In this document: positions 1-11,838 of the stretch, one piece after another
Layout: each line of letters opens with the position of its first letter
How positions within the stretch are numbered: the stretch's first letter is position 1
From: an uncultured Planctomycetota bacterium
GTDB lineage: Bacteria; Planctomycetota; Phycisphaerae; Tepidisphaerales; Tepidisphaeraceae
NCBI GenBank assembly: GCA_963841915.1
Contig: CAWJEN010000006.1
Span: 1,344,001 to 1,408,000, forward strand
Length of the DNA: 64,000 nt
Reading direction: 5' to 3'
Translations under genes and position numbers: made by a program
The notes under the pieces: generated by a model
What the model saw: only the letters and a program-made list of their open reading frames with translations
Databases searched by the model: none
What the model was told of the DNA's origin: nothing

Positions 1-388
1 CAAGGACGTGCCCCATCGCCACAACCGAACCGGCCGACGCTGTCGCGACGAGCAACGGTCGCTGCCACCCCTTGGCGTCGGCGAGTGCGCCAAGCACCGG
101 CGCGGTCAGTACGGTCAGCGTCGCCACGATGGATACCAGAATGGCAAAGACCGCGCTTCCCGGCACCTGCTGGCCCAGCAGATTCAGTCCTGTAACGACC
201 ATCTGTTCGCCGGCAACGTCACGCATCGGCCAATCGGGCTGCTTGGGCAGCATCGATCCGACGAAGACGGCCGAGAAAAGGACGCTCCAGACAAGCCCGT
301 AACCACTGTTGGCCCAGTCGTAAAGAATCCAGGCGACCTGCCGACGTCGGTCGTCTGCCTGAACCGGCGTCTCGTAGTCAAGGGTCAC
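1..388 (-). CDS. MFS transporter, UMF1/Atg22-like family (runs off the window edge; not in ORF track)
   Basis: Manual translation from GTG at 388, overlapping the upstream stop: MTLDYETPVQADDRRRQVAWILYDWANSGYGLVWSVLFSAVF...APVLGALADAKG. W-x-x-YDWANS and PxLGAxAD are typical UMF1-family motifs. Confidence 0.8.
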   Translation of the reverse strand, partial: MTLDYETPVQADDRRRQVAWILYDWANSGYGLVWSVLFSAVFVGSMLPKQPDWPMRDVAGEQMVVTGLNLLGQQVPGSAVFAILVSIVATLTVLTAPVLGALADAKGWQRPLLVATASAGSVVAMGHVL

Positions 389-1617
389 GCCGCCAATGGT
401 CGCGTTGTGGTGCCACCACGGCAAGCGGCTGTCGCGCCTTGCACACTGCCCAAGACCGCTTGGTCAATCGCCACAAGCGCTGCCGTCAGACGCAGCTGCG
501 TGAGGATGCACTGCTTCAACGCGACGTTTGCCGAGCCGTGCCACAGCTTGCGGCTTGATGAACCACCGGCGGTTAGGTCTTGCGCCGTTATTGCCGCGAG
601 CGGCAAGTCGCTCATGCCCAAGGTGTCCGGACCCAGATCGGCCAAACCCAGCACAAGTCGTGGCAAGGCCATCGCCCGCTTTTGACCGCTGGGCCGCCAG
701 CCGGCCTCGGTCGGGGTCTGCTCAATCGGAAGTGTCCACCCACCACTGGCGACCAGTGTCGACTCTCGGCAAGCGTTGGCCTGTCGGGCGTCCGTCGTGC
801 CCGGTGCCACTGGAACCACATTGAACATCAAGTGCGCCGCGTCGTGCCGGTACTCGGCCCTGGCCCCGGCGACGGCGACCGGTCTGCCGTCGATGCGAAC
901 CTGCACGTCGCTGCCGTGCACTTGCTCGGCCAACTCCCACGCGCCCGCCGACTCATGGTGCAGACTTGCCGTAAAGCCCGCAGCAACACCCGACCGCTTC
1001 GACACCAGCACCACCTGATCCATGCGCAACGACACCCTGATGTCTAGCGGTGCGAGCTGGGAGGCGAGCTCTTTGACAAAGGCATCATCGGCGACAGAGG
1101 CAGTGACGGGCACAAGCACCGCAGCCGCTTTGCGCCTCTCGAATTTCGCAGCAGGAATAGGGGCAACACGCAGCGCTTCGACGGCGTCACCGGCCGCAGG
1201 TGGGTGGTTCCGACGGAGCGAGACCGAGGCCGGCGTGGCCTCACCCGTCGCCCGCACGTGAAACATCCGCTCGCTCACACCAGGCGGGACGGCCATCGTC
1301 GCCACGTCGATGTGGCTCAGCAAACGCTCGTCGGCCTTAACGGTGATCTGGTACGACCCGTCGAGCCGGCTGGTGCCGTCAGGCTTCTTGCAGGCATCCA
1401 GCGCCTGACGCGCAGCCGTCGCATGCTCAATCACCACGTCCACCGTTTCAGCACTGTCAGCGTCGCCGAACCACGCGACGACCTTGCCCAGCGATCTGAC
1501 GGCCTGAGCAGCCTGCTTTTGAAGCTCGAGAAGCTCACAACGCGCAGCGCGAAGCTCGGCCAGTGGCTCTGCAGGTGGAGGCGTCGATAGCTCAGCTGCG
1601 TGGTGTTCCTGACTCAC
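385..1617 (-). CDS. Hypothetical protein, probably a highly diverged flagellin-like protein lacking the D0 termini
   Basis: 410-aa ORF. N-terminal helix ELLELQKQAAQA...DGTSRLDGSY resembles flagellin D1 and the G-x-x-LLDGS motif. Later segments GSDVQVRIDG and ASGGWTLPI plus a C-terminal helix follow the order I recall for planctomycete flagellins. A sigma28-like promoter lies upstream. Confidence 0.45.
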   Translation of the reverse strand: MSQEHHAAELSTPPPAEPLAELRAARCELLELQKQAAQAVRSLGKVVAWFGDADSAETVDVVIEHATAARQALDACKKPDGTSRLDGSYQITVKADERLLSHIDVATMAVPPGVSERMFHVRATGEATPASVSLRRNHPPAAGDAVEALRVAPIPAAKFERRKAAAVLVPVTASVADDAFVKELASQLAPLDIRVSLRMDQVVLVSKRSGVAAGFTASLHHESAGAWELAEQVHGSDVQVRIDGRPVAVAGARAEYRHDAAHLMFNVVPVAPGTTDARQANACRESTLVASGGWTLPIEQTPTEAGWRPSGQKRAMALPRLVLGLADLGPDTLGMSDLPLAAITAQDLTAGGSSSRKLWHGSANVALKQCILTQLRLTAALVAIDQAVLGSVQGATAACRGGTTTRPLAA

Positions 1618-1722
1618 TGCGACCCGTTCCCTCTGGTTCGACGCTCAAGCGAAGCCTCGCCACGAATCGACGAGAAGAAGGCCCCCGAGTTGCACGCGTT
1701 CCACACGGAATACGTAAGATCC

Positions 1723-1750
1723 ATATCGACCGGCCACCTGCACGGCTTGA
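1723..1750 (-). promoter_or_regulatory. Putative sigma28 (FliA) promoter for ORF 385-1617
   Basis: Minus strand reads TCAAG-N15-GTCGATAT, the same geometry as the site upstream of fliL. Confidence 0.55.
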
Positions 1751-1911
1751 CGACGAATTTGCGGGAGCGTCGACACACACCGGCTCCCCGGCCGACCGTC
1801 CGAGAATGTGCAGCCGTTCGGCATGAACAAGCGGTCGTGGGGTGGCGTCCGATCTAAAGACACGGGCGGTTGCATTAGACCGTCACTTGCCTCGACCTGA
1901 CTCGCCCCGCC

Positions 1912-3708
1912 ATGAGCCGACCGAACGACCCGCAGCCCGATCTGATTCCCGCCACCGGCACGATTGTCAAGCAGACAGCTCTTGCCCTGCTGATCCTGGG
2001 CGGCGCGGGGGTATGTCTCTTTGCCGCAGCCGACCGATTTGCGGCCTTTGAGCAAGTTCAGGACGCCAAGCGGGACAGCCGCCCGCGCGTCAACCGCACG
2101 CTCCCGATCGACGGTGACACCATTGCGGTCGACCAGGCGTCGTTCCGCGCCGAGCTGTTCCTGCCGGTTGTCGGTGCGGGCGTCGACGCCGCAACGCTCT
2201 TGCCCCAGGCCGTGCGGCTGGTCGACGACGCGACGGGCGCACAGCTGCCCGGCCGCCTCAGCGTCGCCGCCGACGGGGGCAGCGTTTCACTCACGCCCGA
2301 CGTCGCGCTTCAGCCCGGCACAACCTACCGCTTCGAGATCACCGGCGAGCTACTCGACACCGAGGGGAACGCATTTATCCCCTACGTCAGCGTCATCCGC
2401 ACGGGCAAGGGCTCGCCGCGAGCCCAGACCAACGCTTCCATCGCCTACGAACTCGAAGGCACGATCGGCCAGCTCGACCGTTCAATCTTTACCGCACTCG
2501 CATGGGGCCCGGGCACGACTGGCGGGCGCGATCTCTTCGCCGCCACTGCCGATGGTCGCATCTTTCGCTACGACATCGCCTCCGACGGCTTGCCCGTTGA
2601 GGTGGCCATGATCTCGACCATGCTTGCCAGCAACGGTGGGCCACGCCTCGTCACTGGCATGGCCTTCGACCCGAACGACCCGAGCACGCTCTGGGTCAGC
2701 CACATGACGATGGCCCTCACCGGGGCGGACGATTTTACCGGAAAACTCTCCACACTCAGCGGCCCGGCCTTCGACCTCTACGCCGACCGCGTCGTCGGCT
2801 TGCCCAGAGCCTTTAAAGATCACGGCAACTTCGGACTCGCCTTCGCACCCGATCGCCCTGATTCGCTGTACCTCAGCCAAGGCTCCAACACCGGTCACGG
2901 CGGACGCGACAGCAAGTGGAACTATCGCCCCGAACGCCCGCTGACCGCTGCGATGTTGCACGTCGATCTTGCCGCGCTGCCGACGGACGGCCCGCTCGAT
3001 GTCTCGACGCCGACCGACGCAGAGAGCCCATTTGCCGGTGGCTCCTACGACCCGACCGCTGACGGTGCGGCGGTGACGGTGCACGCGACCGGCATCCGCA
3101 GCGGGTACACGCCGATCTTCCATTCTTCAGGAAAACTACTCGTTGCCATCAACGGCGCCGGCGCAGGTGGGAACACGCCACCTGTGCGAGACGACAACAA
3201 CACCGTCGTTGAAGGCCCGCTTATGGCAATCGGCTCGACCACCCCCGACACGCTGGCCGACGTCACGAAGCCCGGCACCTACCACGGCCATCCCAATCCC
3301 TTCCGGGGCGAAGACGTGCTGATGGGCGGCAACCCGACCGACAGCGTCGACCCGTTCGAGATCAGCGCATACCCCGTCGGCATCGCCGCAGAGCCAAACT
3401 TCGCCAAGCCCGTCTTCGACTTCGGTCGCGGGTACAGCGTCAACGGCCTGGCCGAGTCGAAGGCGGATGTCTTCGACGGCACGATCAAGGGCGACCTCTT
3501 TGCCGCCCGCTACAGCAGCGGTGACGACGTCGTCCTGCTCGACCTCGACGAGGCGGGCAACGTGCTCAGCATGCACACCGGCATCAACGGCCTGACCAAC
3601 CTCGGCTCGCCGCTGAACATCCTCGAAGACCCAGATACCGGCCGACTGTTTATCACTGAGGCCGACACGAACTCGCTGCGCGTCTTCCGGCCTGTCAAAC
3701 CCGAGTGA
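1912..3708 (+). CDS. Secreted/membrane-anchored Ig-like (Big_5/SbsA-type) domain plus beta-propeller (sugar dehydrogenase-like) protein
   Basis: N-terminal hydrophobic segment, then Ig-like motif LTPDVALQPGTTYRFEITGELLDTEG, then propeller motifs (TALAWGP, DHGNFGLAF, LYLSQGSNT, HATGIRSGY, YHGHPNP). Confidence 0.7.
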   Translation: MSRPNDPQPDLIPATGTIVKQTALALLILGGAGVCLFAAADRFAAFEQVQDAKRDSRPRVNRTLPIDGDTIAVDQASFRAELFLPVVGAGVDAATLLPQAVRLVDDATGAQLPGRLSVAADGGSVSLTPDVALQPGTTYRFEITGELLDTEGNAFIPYVSVIRTGKGSPRAQTNASIAYELEGTIGQLDRSIFTALAWGPGTTGGRDLFAATADGRIFRYDIASDGLPVEVAMISTMLASNGGPRLVTGMAFDPNDPSTLWVSHMTMALTGADDFTGKLSTLSGPAFDLYADRVVGLPRAFKDHGNFGLAFAPDRPDSLYLSQGSNTGHGGRDSKWNYRPERPLTAAMLHVDLAALPTDGPLDVSTPTDAESPFAGGSYDPTADGAAVTVHATGIRSGYTPIFHSSGKLLVAINGAGAGGNTPPVRDDNNTVVEGPLMAIGSTTPDTLADVTKPGTYHGHPNPFRGEDVLMGGNPTDSVDPFEISAYPVGIAAEPNFAKPVFDFGRGYSVNGLAESKADVFDGTIKGDLFAARYSSGDDVVLLDLDEAGNVLSMHTGINGLTNLGSPLNILEDPDTGRLFITEADTNSLRVFRPVKPE

Positions 3709-3777
3709 AGCCGACCTGCGCTGCGCCGCGGCGGCCAAATCTGGGCGGCCGACGGCGGCCGTTGGGGTTGAGCCCGA

Positions 3778-3793
3778 TGTTCCACGTGGAACA
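3778..3793. promoter_or_regulatory. parS: parS site (ParB-binding centromere-like palindrome)
   Basis: Perfect palindrome TGTTCCACGTGGAACA fitting the TGTTNCACGTGAAACA-type consensus; extends to a 24-bp palindrome at 3774-3797. Confidence 0.9.
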
Positions 3794-3845
3794 TCGGCCG
3801 AGCCTCGATTGCCGTACGTGGCGAGGGTTTCTCACGCTCGCCGAA

Positions 3846-3861
3846 TGTTCCACGTGGAACA
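3846..3861. promoter_or_regulatory. parS: parS site, second copy
   Basis: Identical TGTTCCACGTGGAACA, 68 bp from the first copy (start to start), in the same intergenic gap. Confidence 0.9.
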
Positions 3862-4030
3862 ATTTGCTCCAAATCGTACTGAAAAGTGCGACACGTGTCG
3901 TCGGCGGCGCGGTTTGGGTGCGACAAGAATTCCGCTCCTCGTGCGCTGCGGGTCGTCGCCGACAACGCACATTGCGACTCATTGAGCAAACTCGGTCGTT
4001 CTGTCACGCCCGCTTACCGTAGGGTCGATT

Positions 4031-4690
4031 GTGACCACCGACGCCCGCTTCAGCGGCCAATCCGCCGCCGAGGAGAAGGCCAACGTGCTCACCCACGGCA
4101 TCGGTGCAGTCTTCGCCCTCGTCGGCATCATCGCCATGCAGGTCTTCGCCACGCCCGGCACGACGTTGCAACGCGCGACGCTGCTCGTCTTCGGGGTCAC
4201 GCTACTGCTGACCTACACCGCCTCGACCGGCTTCCACCTCGCCGCCCAATCCACGTCTCGTGGCAAATGGCGGCTGCTCGATCACGTCTCGATCTACACC
4301 CTCATCGCAGGCACCTACACGCCGCTCATGCTCGTGGGTTTGGGCGGCTTCTGGGGCAAACTCGTCTTTTTCGTCGTCTGGTCGCTGGCGCTCATCGGCA
4401 TCGTCGCCAAGACGCTGCTCGTGGGTCGCTTCGACGCCTTCGACAAGGTCGACACGCTGCTCTACGCAGTCATGGGCTGGCTCATCGTCATCGCCATCGT
4501 GCCAACCTTCCAGGCGCTCAGCGCGACGGGCCTGTGGCTGCTGCTCGCCGGTGGCATCAGCTACACGGGCGGGACGTACTTCTTCCTGAACAACCAGATC
4601 CGCTACAGCCACGCCATCTGGCACGGCTTCGTCCTCGGCGGCAGCGCGCTGCACTTTGCCGCCGTCTGGATCGAAGTGGTTCGGCGGTAG
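4031..4690 (+). CDS. Hemolysin III / PAQR family membrane protein (TrhA/YqfA-like)
   Basis: EEKANVLTHGIG, STGFH, LDHVSIYTLIAGTYTP and HAIWHGFVLGG motifs; about 7 TM segments. Confidence 0.92.
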   Translation: MTTDARFSGQSAAEEKANVLTHGIGAVFALVGIIAMQVFATPGTTLQRATLLVFGVTLLLTYTASTGFHLAAQSTSRGKWRLLDHVSIYTLIAGTYTPLMLVGLGGFWGKLVFFVVWSLALIGIVAKTLLVGRFDAFDKVDTLLYAVMGWLIVIAIVPTFQALSATGLWLLLAGGISYTGGTYFFLNNQIRYSHAIWHGFVLGGSALHFAAVWIEVVRR

Positions 4691-4703
4691 CCCTCAGGGT
4701 CAA

Positions 4704-4726
4704 CGCGGAGCAAGCTCCGCGGCTAC
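4704..4726 (-). repeat. GTAG-type REP element
   Basis: Minus strand GTAGCCGCGGAGCTTGCTCCGCG: GTAG head plus a palindrome, between convergent genes. Confidence 0.65.
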
Positions 4727-4776
4727 CCCAGACACTCCAGTACGCAGGCGCAGGCTACAGATGAAGTTGACTTGCT

Positions 4777-5445
4777 CTAGAGGCGAATCGCGAAATTGAT
4801 GCCGAGGTTGAGCGTCGTGATGTCTTCAGTACGGAGAAGCAGCGTCGGATTCGGCGATGCGAGGTCGTGAAACGCGACGTTGAGGCTCGCGTTGGCACCG
4901 AGGCTGAGGCGATCGGTCAGGTAGACGTCGAGCCCGCCGACGCCGCGGACCGCGAGCGCTCGGTCCGATGAGTCGCCGAAGCGGCCAGCATCGATGTCGG
5001 CGTTAGAGAAGCCGACCCCGCCGCCGAGGTACGGCCGCAGCCGGCTCTGCCCGAGGCCGACGACGCCGTTGACGGTGAAGGTGCTCACCGCAAGGTCGTA
5101 ATCGACTGTCTCGAAGAACGGCCCACCCGGGTCGGCGTTGGGCACGATGAAGGCGGCGTCGCCGGTGACGTGGCTGCCGGCGGCGAAGAGGCGGATCATG
5201 AGGGCATCGCGTTGTGCTTCGGCGCCGACGTTGAGGAAGCCGCCGATGTTGTTGTCCTCGAAGTCGCCGATGCCGCCGGCGTCGAACACGACGGGCACGA
5301 TCGGGCCGGCGGCGGCGTAGAAGTCGACGTTCCCGAAGCCGCCGCTGCCCGCGTCCGATGACACAGCCTGCCCCGCAGCCGGCGCGGCGGCAAGGGCGAG
5401 GACGCCACCCAACAACATCACCTTGTTCGCACGAAGCTTCGTCAT
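4777..5445 (-). CDS. Outer membrane beta-barrel protein (OmpA-TM/porin-like)
   Basis: Signal peptide, LRPYLGGGVGF motif, alternating beta strands and a C-terminal beta strand (LNLGINFAIRL). Confidence 0.8.
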   Translation of the reverse strand: MTKLRANKVMLLGGVLALAAAPAAGQAVSSDAGSGGFGNVDFYAAAGPIVPVVFDAGGIGDFEDNNIGGFLNVGAEAQRDALMIRLFAAGSHVTGDAAFIVPNADPGGPFFETVDYDLAVSTFTVNGVVGLGQSRLRPYLGGGVGFSNADIDAGRFGDSSDRALAVRGVGGLDVYLTDRLSLGANASLNVAFHDLASPNPTLLLRTEDITTLNLGINFAIRL

Positions 5446-5490
5446 GCAGCCGAACCTATCGGCAACGGGCCGGAATGCAACGATGCGCCG

Positions 5491-6774
5491 TCACGCCGCG
5501 ATCATGTGCACGTCCCGCTGCGGGAACGGGATCGAAATGCCGTCGCGGTCGAAGCGTTGCTTCACGAGCTTGTGCAGATCCCAGTAAACGGGCCAGTAGT
5601 CATCGGTCTTGACCCACGGGCGGCAGATGAGGTTGATGCTCGAGTCGCCGTGGGCGGTCACGCGAATGTTCGTCGCCGGCTCGTCGAGCACAAGCGGATG
5701 CTCGCGGCAGACGTCAGCCAGCGCGCTCATGACCGCGTCGAGGTCGTCGTCGTAGCCGACGCCGAACGTCATGTCGACGCGTCGCGTGGGCAGTGCCGTG
5801 AGATTGGTGATGGTTTCGCCCCAGATGTTGTTGTTCGGGACGATGATGCGGCGGTTGTCGAAGGTGAGGATCGTGGTCGAGACGAGGCTCATCGCGTCGA
5901 CCTTGCCGCTGACGCCTGCCGCGACATCGACGGTGTGGCCGACGTCGTAGGGGCGGTACATGAGAATGAGGATGCCGCTGGCAAAGTTGCTCAGCGTGCC
6001 TTGCAGCGCGAGGCCGACGACGAGCCCCGCCGCACCGATGGCAGCGACGAGCGGGCCGATGTTCACGCCCAGAAAACTGAGCGCGACCACGAATCCGACC
6101 ACCATGACGAGCTTGGCCACGAGTCCGCCGAGAAAGTTGACGAGCAGCTTGCTGGCCCCGCGGAAGTTGCCGAGCGTCTTACGCGTCAGCCGACCGAGGA
6201 TGCGCGACAGGATGAACGCCAGCACCAGAATGACGATGAAGTAGACGATCGCCAGCCCGACCGCGATGCCGCCCTCGGTGTCGACGAGCCACGCCCGCGT
6301 GGCGGGCCAGAGTGCTTCGACGTCGTACGCATCGAGGTCGGGCCGCGTGACGCTGGCGTAGTAGTCGCGCATGGCCTTGCTGTCGCCGCCTTTGTCGTCG
6401 AACGTCTGGAGTACGACTTCGGTGCGGTCGGCAATGCGGTCCTGACGAAGGACAAGCTCGGCGGCATCGGCAAGCAGCGCTCGCCGGGCGGCACCGTCGG
6501 CCTCGCGCGCGGCGAGGCGCGTCCGGCTGATCTCGCCGACGATGTCCCGCAGCCGGCCCACCCAAGCCGTCGCCACAGGCTCCAATTCCTCGGCATCGAG
6601 CGGCCGCAGCATGAGGTTGAGCTCGTCGACATCGACTCCGTCCCCCGCCGTCGCCGCATCGGGAAGCGCGGGCAAGGTCGTCGCCTCCGTCTCCTGCGCG
6701 GCGAGCGGCGCGGACACGTTGAGCAACACCAACCAAGCAACAACAGCAAGCCGCATGAACGGCTTATCGGACAT
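5491..6774 (-). CDS. mscS: Small-conductance mechanosensitive channel, MscS family, with N-terminal periplasmic extension
   Basis: GLALQGTLSNFASGILIL-x-x-RPYDVG, IIVPNN, RRVDMTFGVGYDDD and ISIPFPQRDVH motifs. Confidence 0.92.
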   Translation of the reverse strand: MSDKPFMRLAVVAWLVLLNVSAPLAAQETEATTLPALPDAATAGDGVDVDELNLMLRPLDAEELEPVATAWVGRLRDIVGEISRTRLAAREADGAARRALLADAAELVLRQDRIADRTEVVLQTFDDKGGDSKAMRDYYASVTRPDLDAYDVEALWPATRAWLVDTEGGIAVGLAIVYFIVILVLAFILSRILGRLTRKTLGNFRGASKLLVNFLGGLVAKLVMVVGFVVALSFLGVNIGPLVAAIGAAGLVVGLALQGTLSNFASGILILMYRPYDVGHTVDVAAGVSGKVDAMSLVSTTILTFDNRRIIVPNNNIWGETITNLTALPTRRVDMTFGVGYDDDLDAVMSALADVCREHPLVLDEPATNIRVTAHGDSSINLICRPWVKTDDYWPVYWDLHKLVKQRFDRDGISIPFPQRDVHMIAA

Positions 6775-6879
6775 TGCGGGCGACGGCGGTAATTTTTACG
6801 ACCGCCAACCTCGCCCGCGATGGCGTCCGCGAAGTCTGTCGTAGCAAGCGACGATGCAACGCGATGTTCGGAACGAACT

Positions 6880-6951
6880 GCGAGCCCCGACTGTGAGGGA
6901 GCGGGTTCTGGTACGACGACCACAACCCGCTCCCTCACGGTCGCGGCTCGC
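6880..6951. repeat. REP-like inverted repeat pair / long hairpin downstream of gyrB
   Basis: 28-bp arms GCGAGCCCCGACTGTGAGGGAGCGGGTT and AACCCGCTCCCTCACGGTCGCGGCTCGC, 2 mismatches, 16-nt spacer. Confidence 0.75.
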
Positions 6952-6968
6952 CAAGCTTGAGCACCGGC

Positions 6969-10572
<3,604 letters not shown>

Positions 10573-10617
10573 AAGCCGAATTGCATCCGCCGGCCGCGCG
10601 CGACAGCATGGGCAGGC

Positions 10618-11661
10618 ATGCCCGGGACCATGACGCCTGCCGACACGCTGCGCACCGGCAGCCTGCTGACCATTGCCGCCCTCCTGGCGCTGGCGGCGAT
10701 GCACTTGCTGGCCGACGTGCTCGTGCCGTTCGTTCTGGCGGCGTTCGGGGCGATGCTGCTCAACCCGCTCGTCGACGCGCTGATCCGCCGCTACCGCTGG
10801 CCGCGACCGGTGGCGGTCGGGGCGACGTTCCTCACCGGCACGCTGCTGCTGACGAGCATCATCTACGCAGTCGCCTCACCGGCGGCCGGCGCGGCAGAAA
10901 GCCTGTTCGAATACGGCAGAAGCCTTGAGAAAAGCGTGGCCAACGGCCTGGCCAACCTGCCCTTCGACCTGCCGCCCGCTTGGGAAGCCGAGGCGTACAC
11001 CTGGGCGAGCGATTTCGAGCGGTCTCAGCTGTTGCCCTACATCGGCGCGGCGGGTGGCGGCGTGCTCTCGATGCTTAGCGACGCCGGACTCATTCTCGTC
11101 TTTCTGCTGTTTCTTCTGCTGGGCCGCGGGGACCGGCCGGTACCGGCCGAGTCGACACGCGGCCGCATCGAGCGACGTGTGCAGGCTTATCTTGCCGTCA
11201 CGCTCGCCGTCAGCGCCGCCACGGGACTGCTCGTCGGTTTCTCGCTCTGGATCCTGGGCGTGCGACTGGCGTGGGTCTTCGGCGCCGCCGCCTTTGTGCT
11301 CAACTTCATTCCCGTCGTCGGCTCGGCGCTGGCGACGCTCCTGCCGATCCCGTTCATCCTCTTCGGCCAGGAGTTGTCGACGCCCGTCATCGTCGCCGCG
11401 ATCGGCGTACCGGCGGCGATTCAATTCGTGCTGGGCAACATCCTGGCGCCCAAGCTGCTCGGCGACGCGCTGCAGTTGTCACCGGTAGCTGTCATGCTCG
11501 GCCTCATCCTGCTCGGAGCGATCTGGGGGTTGCCGGGCATGGTCCTGTCGACGCCATTGCTGAGCGTGTTCGCCATTGCCGTCGATCGCTCTGCTGAGGG
11601 CGTGCCGATGCTCCGCCCGCTGGGCGACTGGCTCGCAGGCCGAACTGCAAGAGCGGCTTAG
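10618..11661 (+). CDS. AI-2E family transporter
   Basis: Multiple TM segments; LNFIPVVGS, GNILAPKLLG...LSPVAV and WGLPGMVLSTPL motifs. Confidence 0.9.
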   Translation: MPGTMTPADTLRTGSLLTIAALLALAAMHLLADVLVPFVLAAFGAMLLNPLVDALIRRYRWPRPVAVGATFLTGTLLLTSIIYAVASPAAGAAESLFEYGRSLEKSVANGLANLPFDLPPAWEAEAYTWASDFERSQLLPYIGAAGGGVLSMLSDAGLILVFLLFLLLGRGDRPVPAESTRGRIERRVQAYLAVTLAVSAATGLLVGFSLWILGVRLAWVFGAAAFVLNFIPVVGSALATLLPIPFILFGQELSTPVIVAAIGVPAAIQFVLGNILAPKLLGDALQLSPVAVMLGLILLGAIWGLPGMVLSTPLLSVFAIAVDRSAEGVPMLRPLGDWLAGRTARAA

Positions 11662-11838
11662 ACGATCCCGTTTAACGCTTGTTGAACAGAGCACGTCAGT
11701 CTGCCGCCCTAACAAAAGACGCGGCACGCCACGACGTCTTGTCGCGCCAGGGGCGACAGCGCGGGCCGGCACGGCGCGCGCGGCTACAAACGGTCGAGCA
11801 CTACAGGTTGTGGATCGCGTCAGCCGCCGAGGCGTTCG

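Noticed and set aside
1250..1265. parS half-site CACGTGAAACA
   Set aside because: Only one arm matches and it lies inside a coding region.
1697..1712. Degenerate parS-like CGTTCCACACGGAATA
   Set aside because: Four mismatches, including the CACGTG core.
5456..5483. GCCGATAG sigma28-like -10 upstream of the beta-barrel gene
   Set aside because: No matching -35 element at 15-16 nt spacing.
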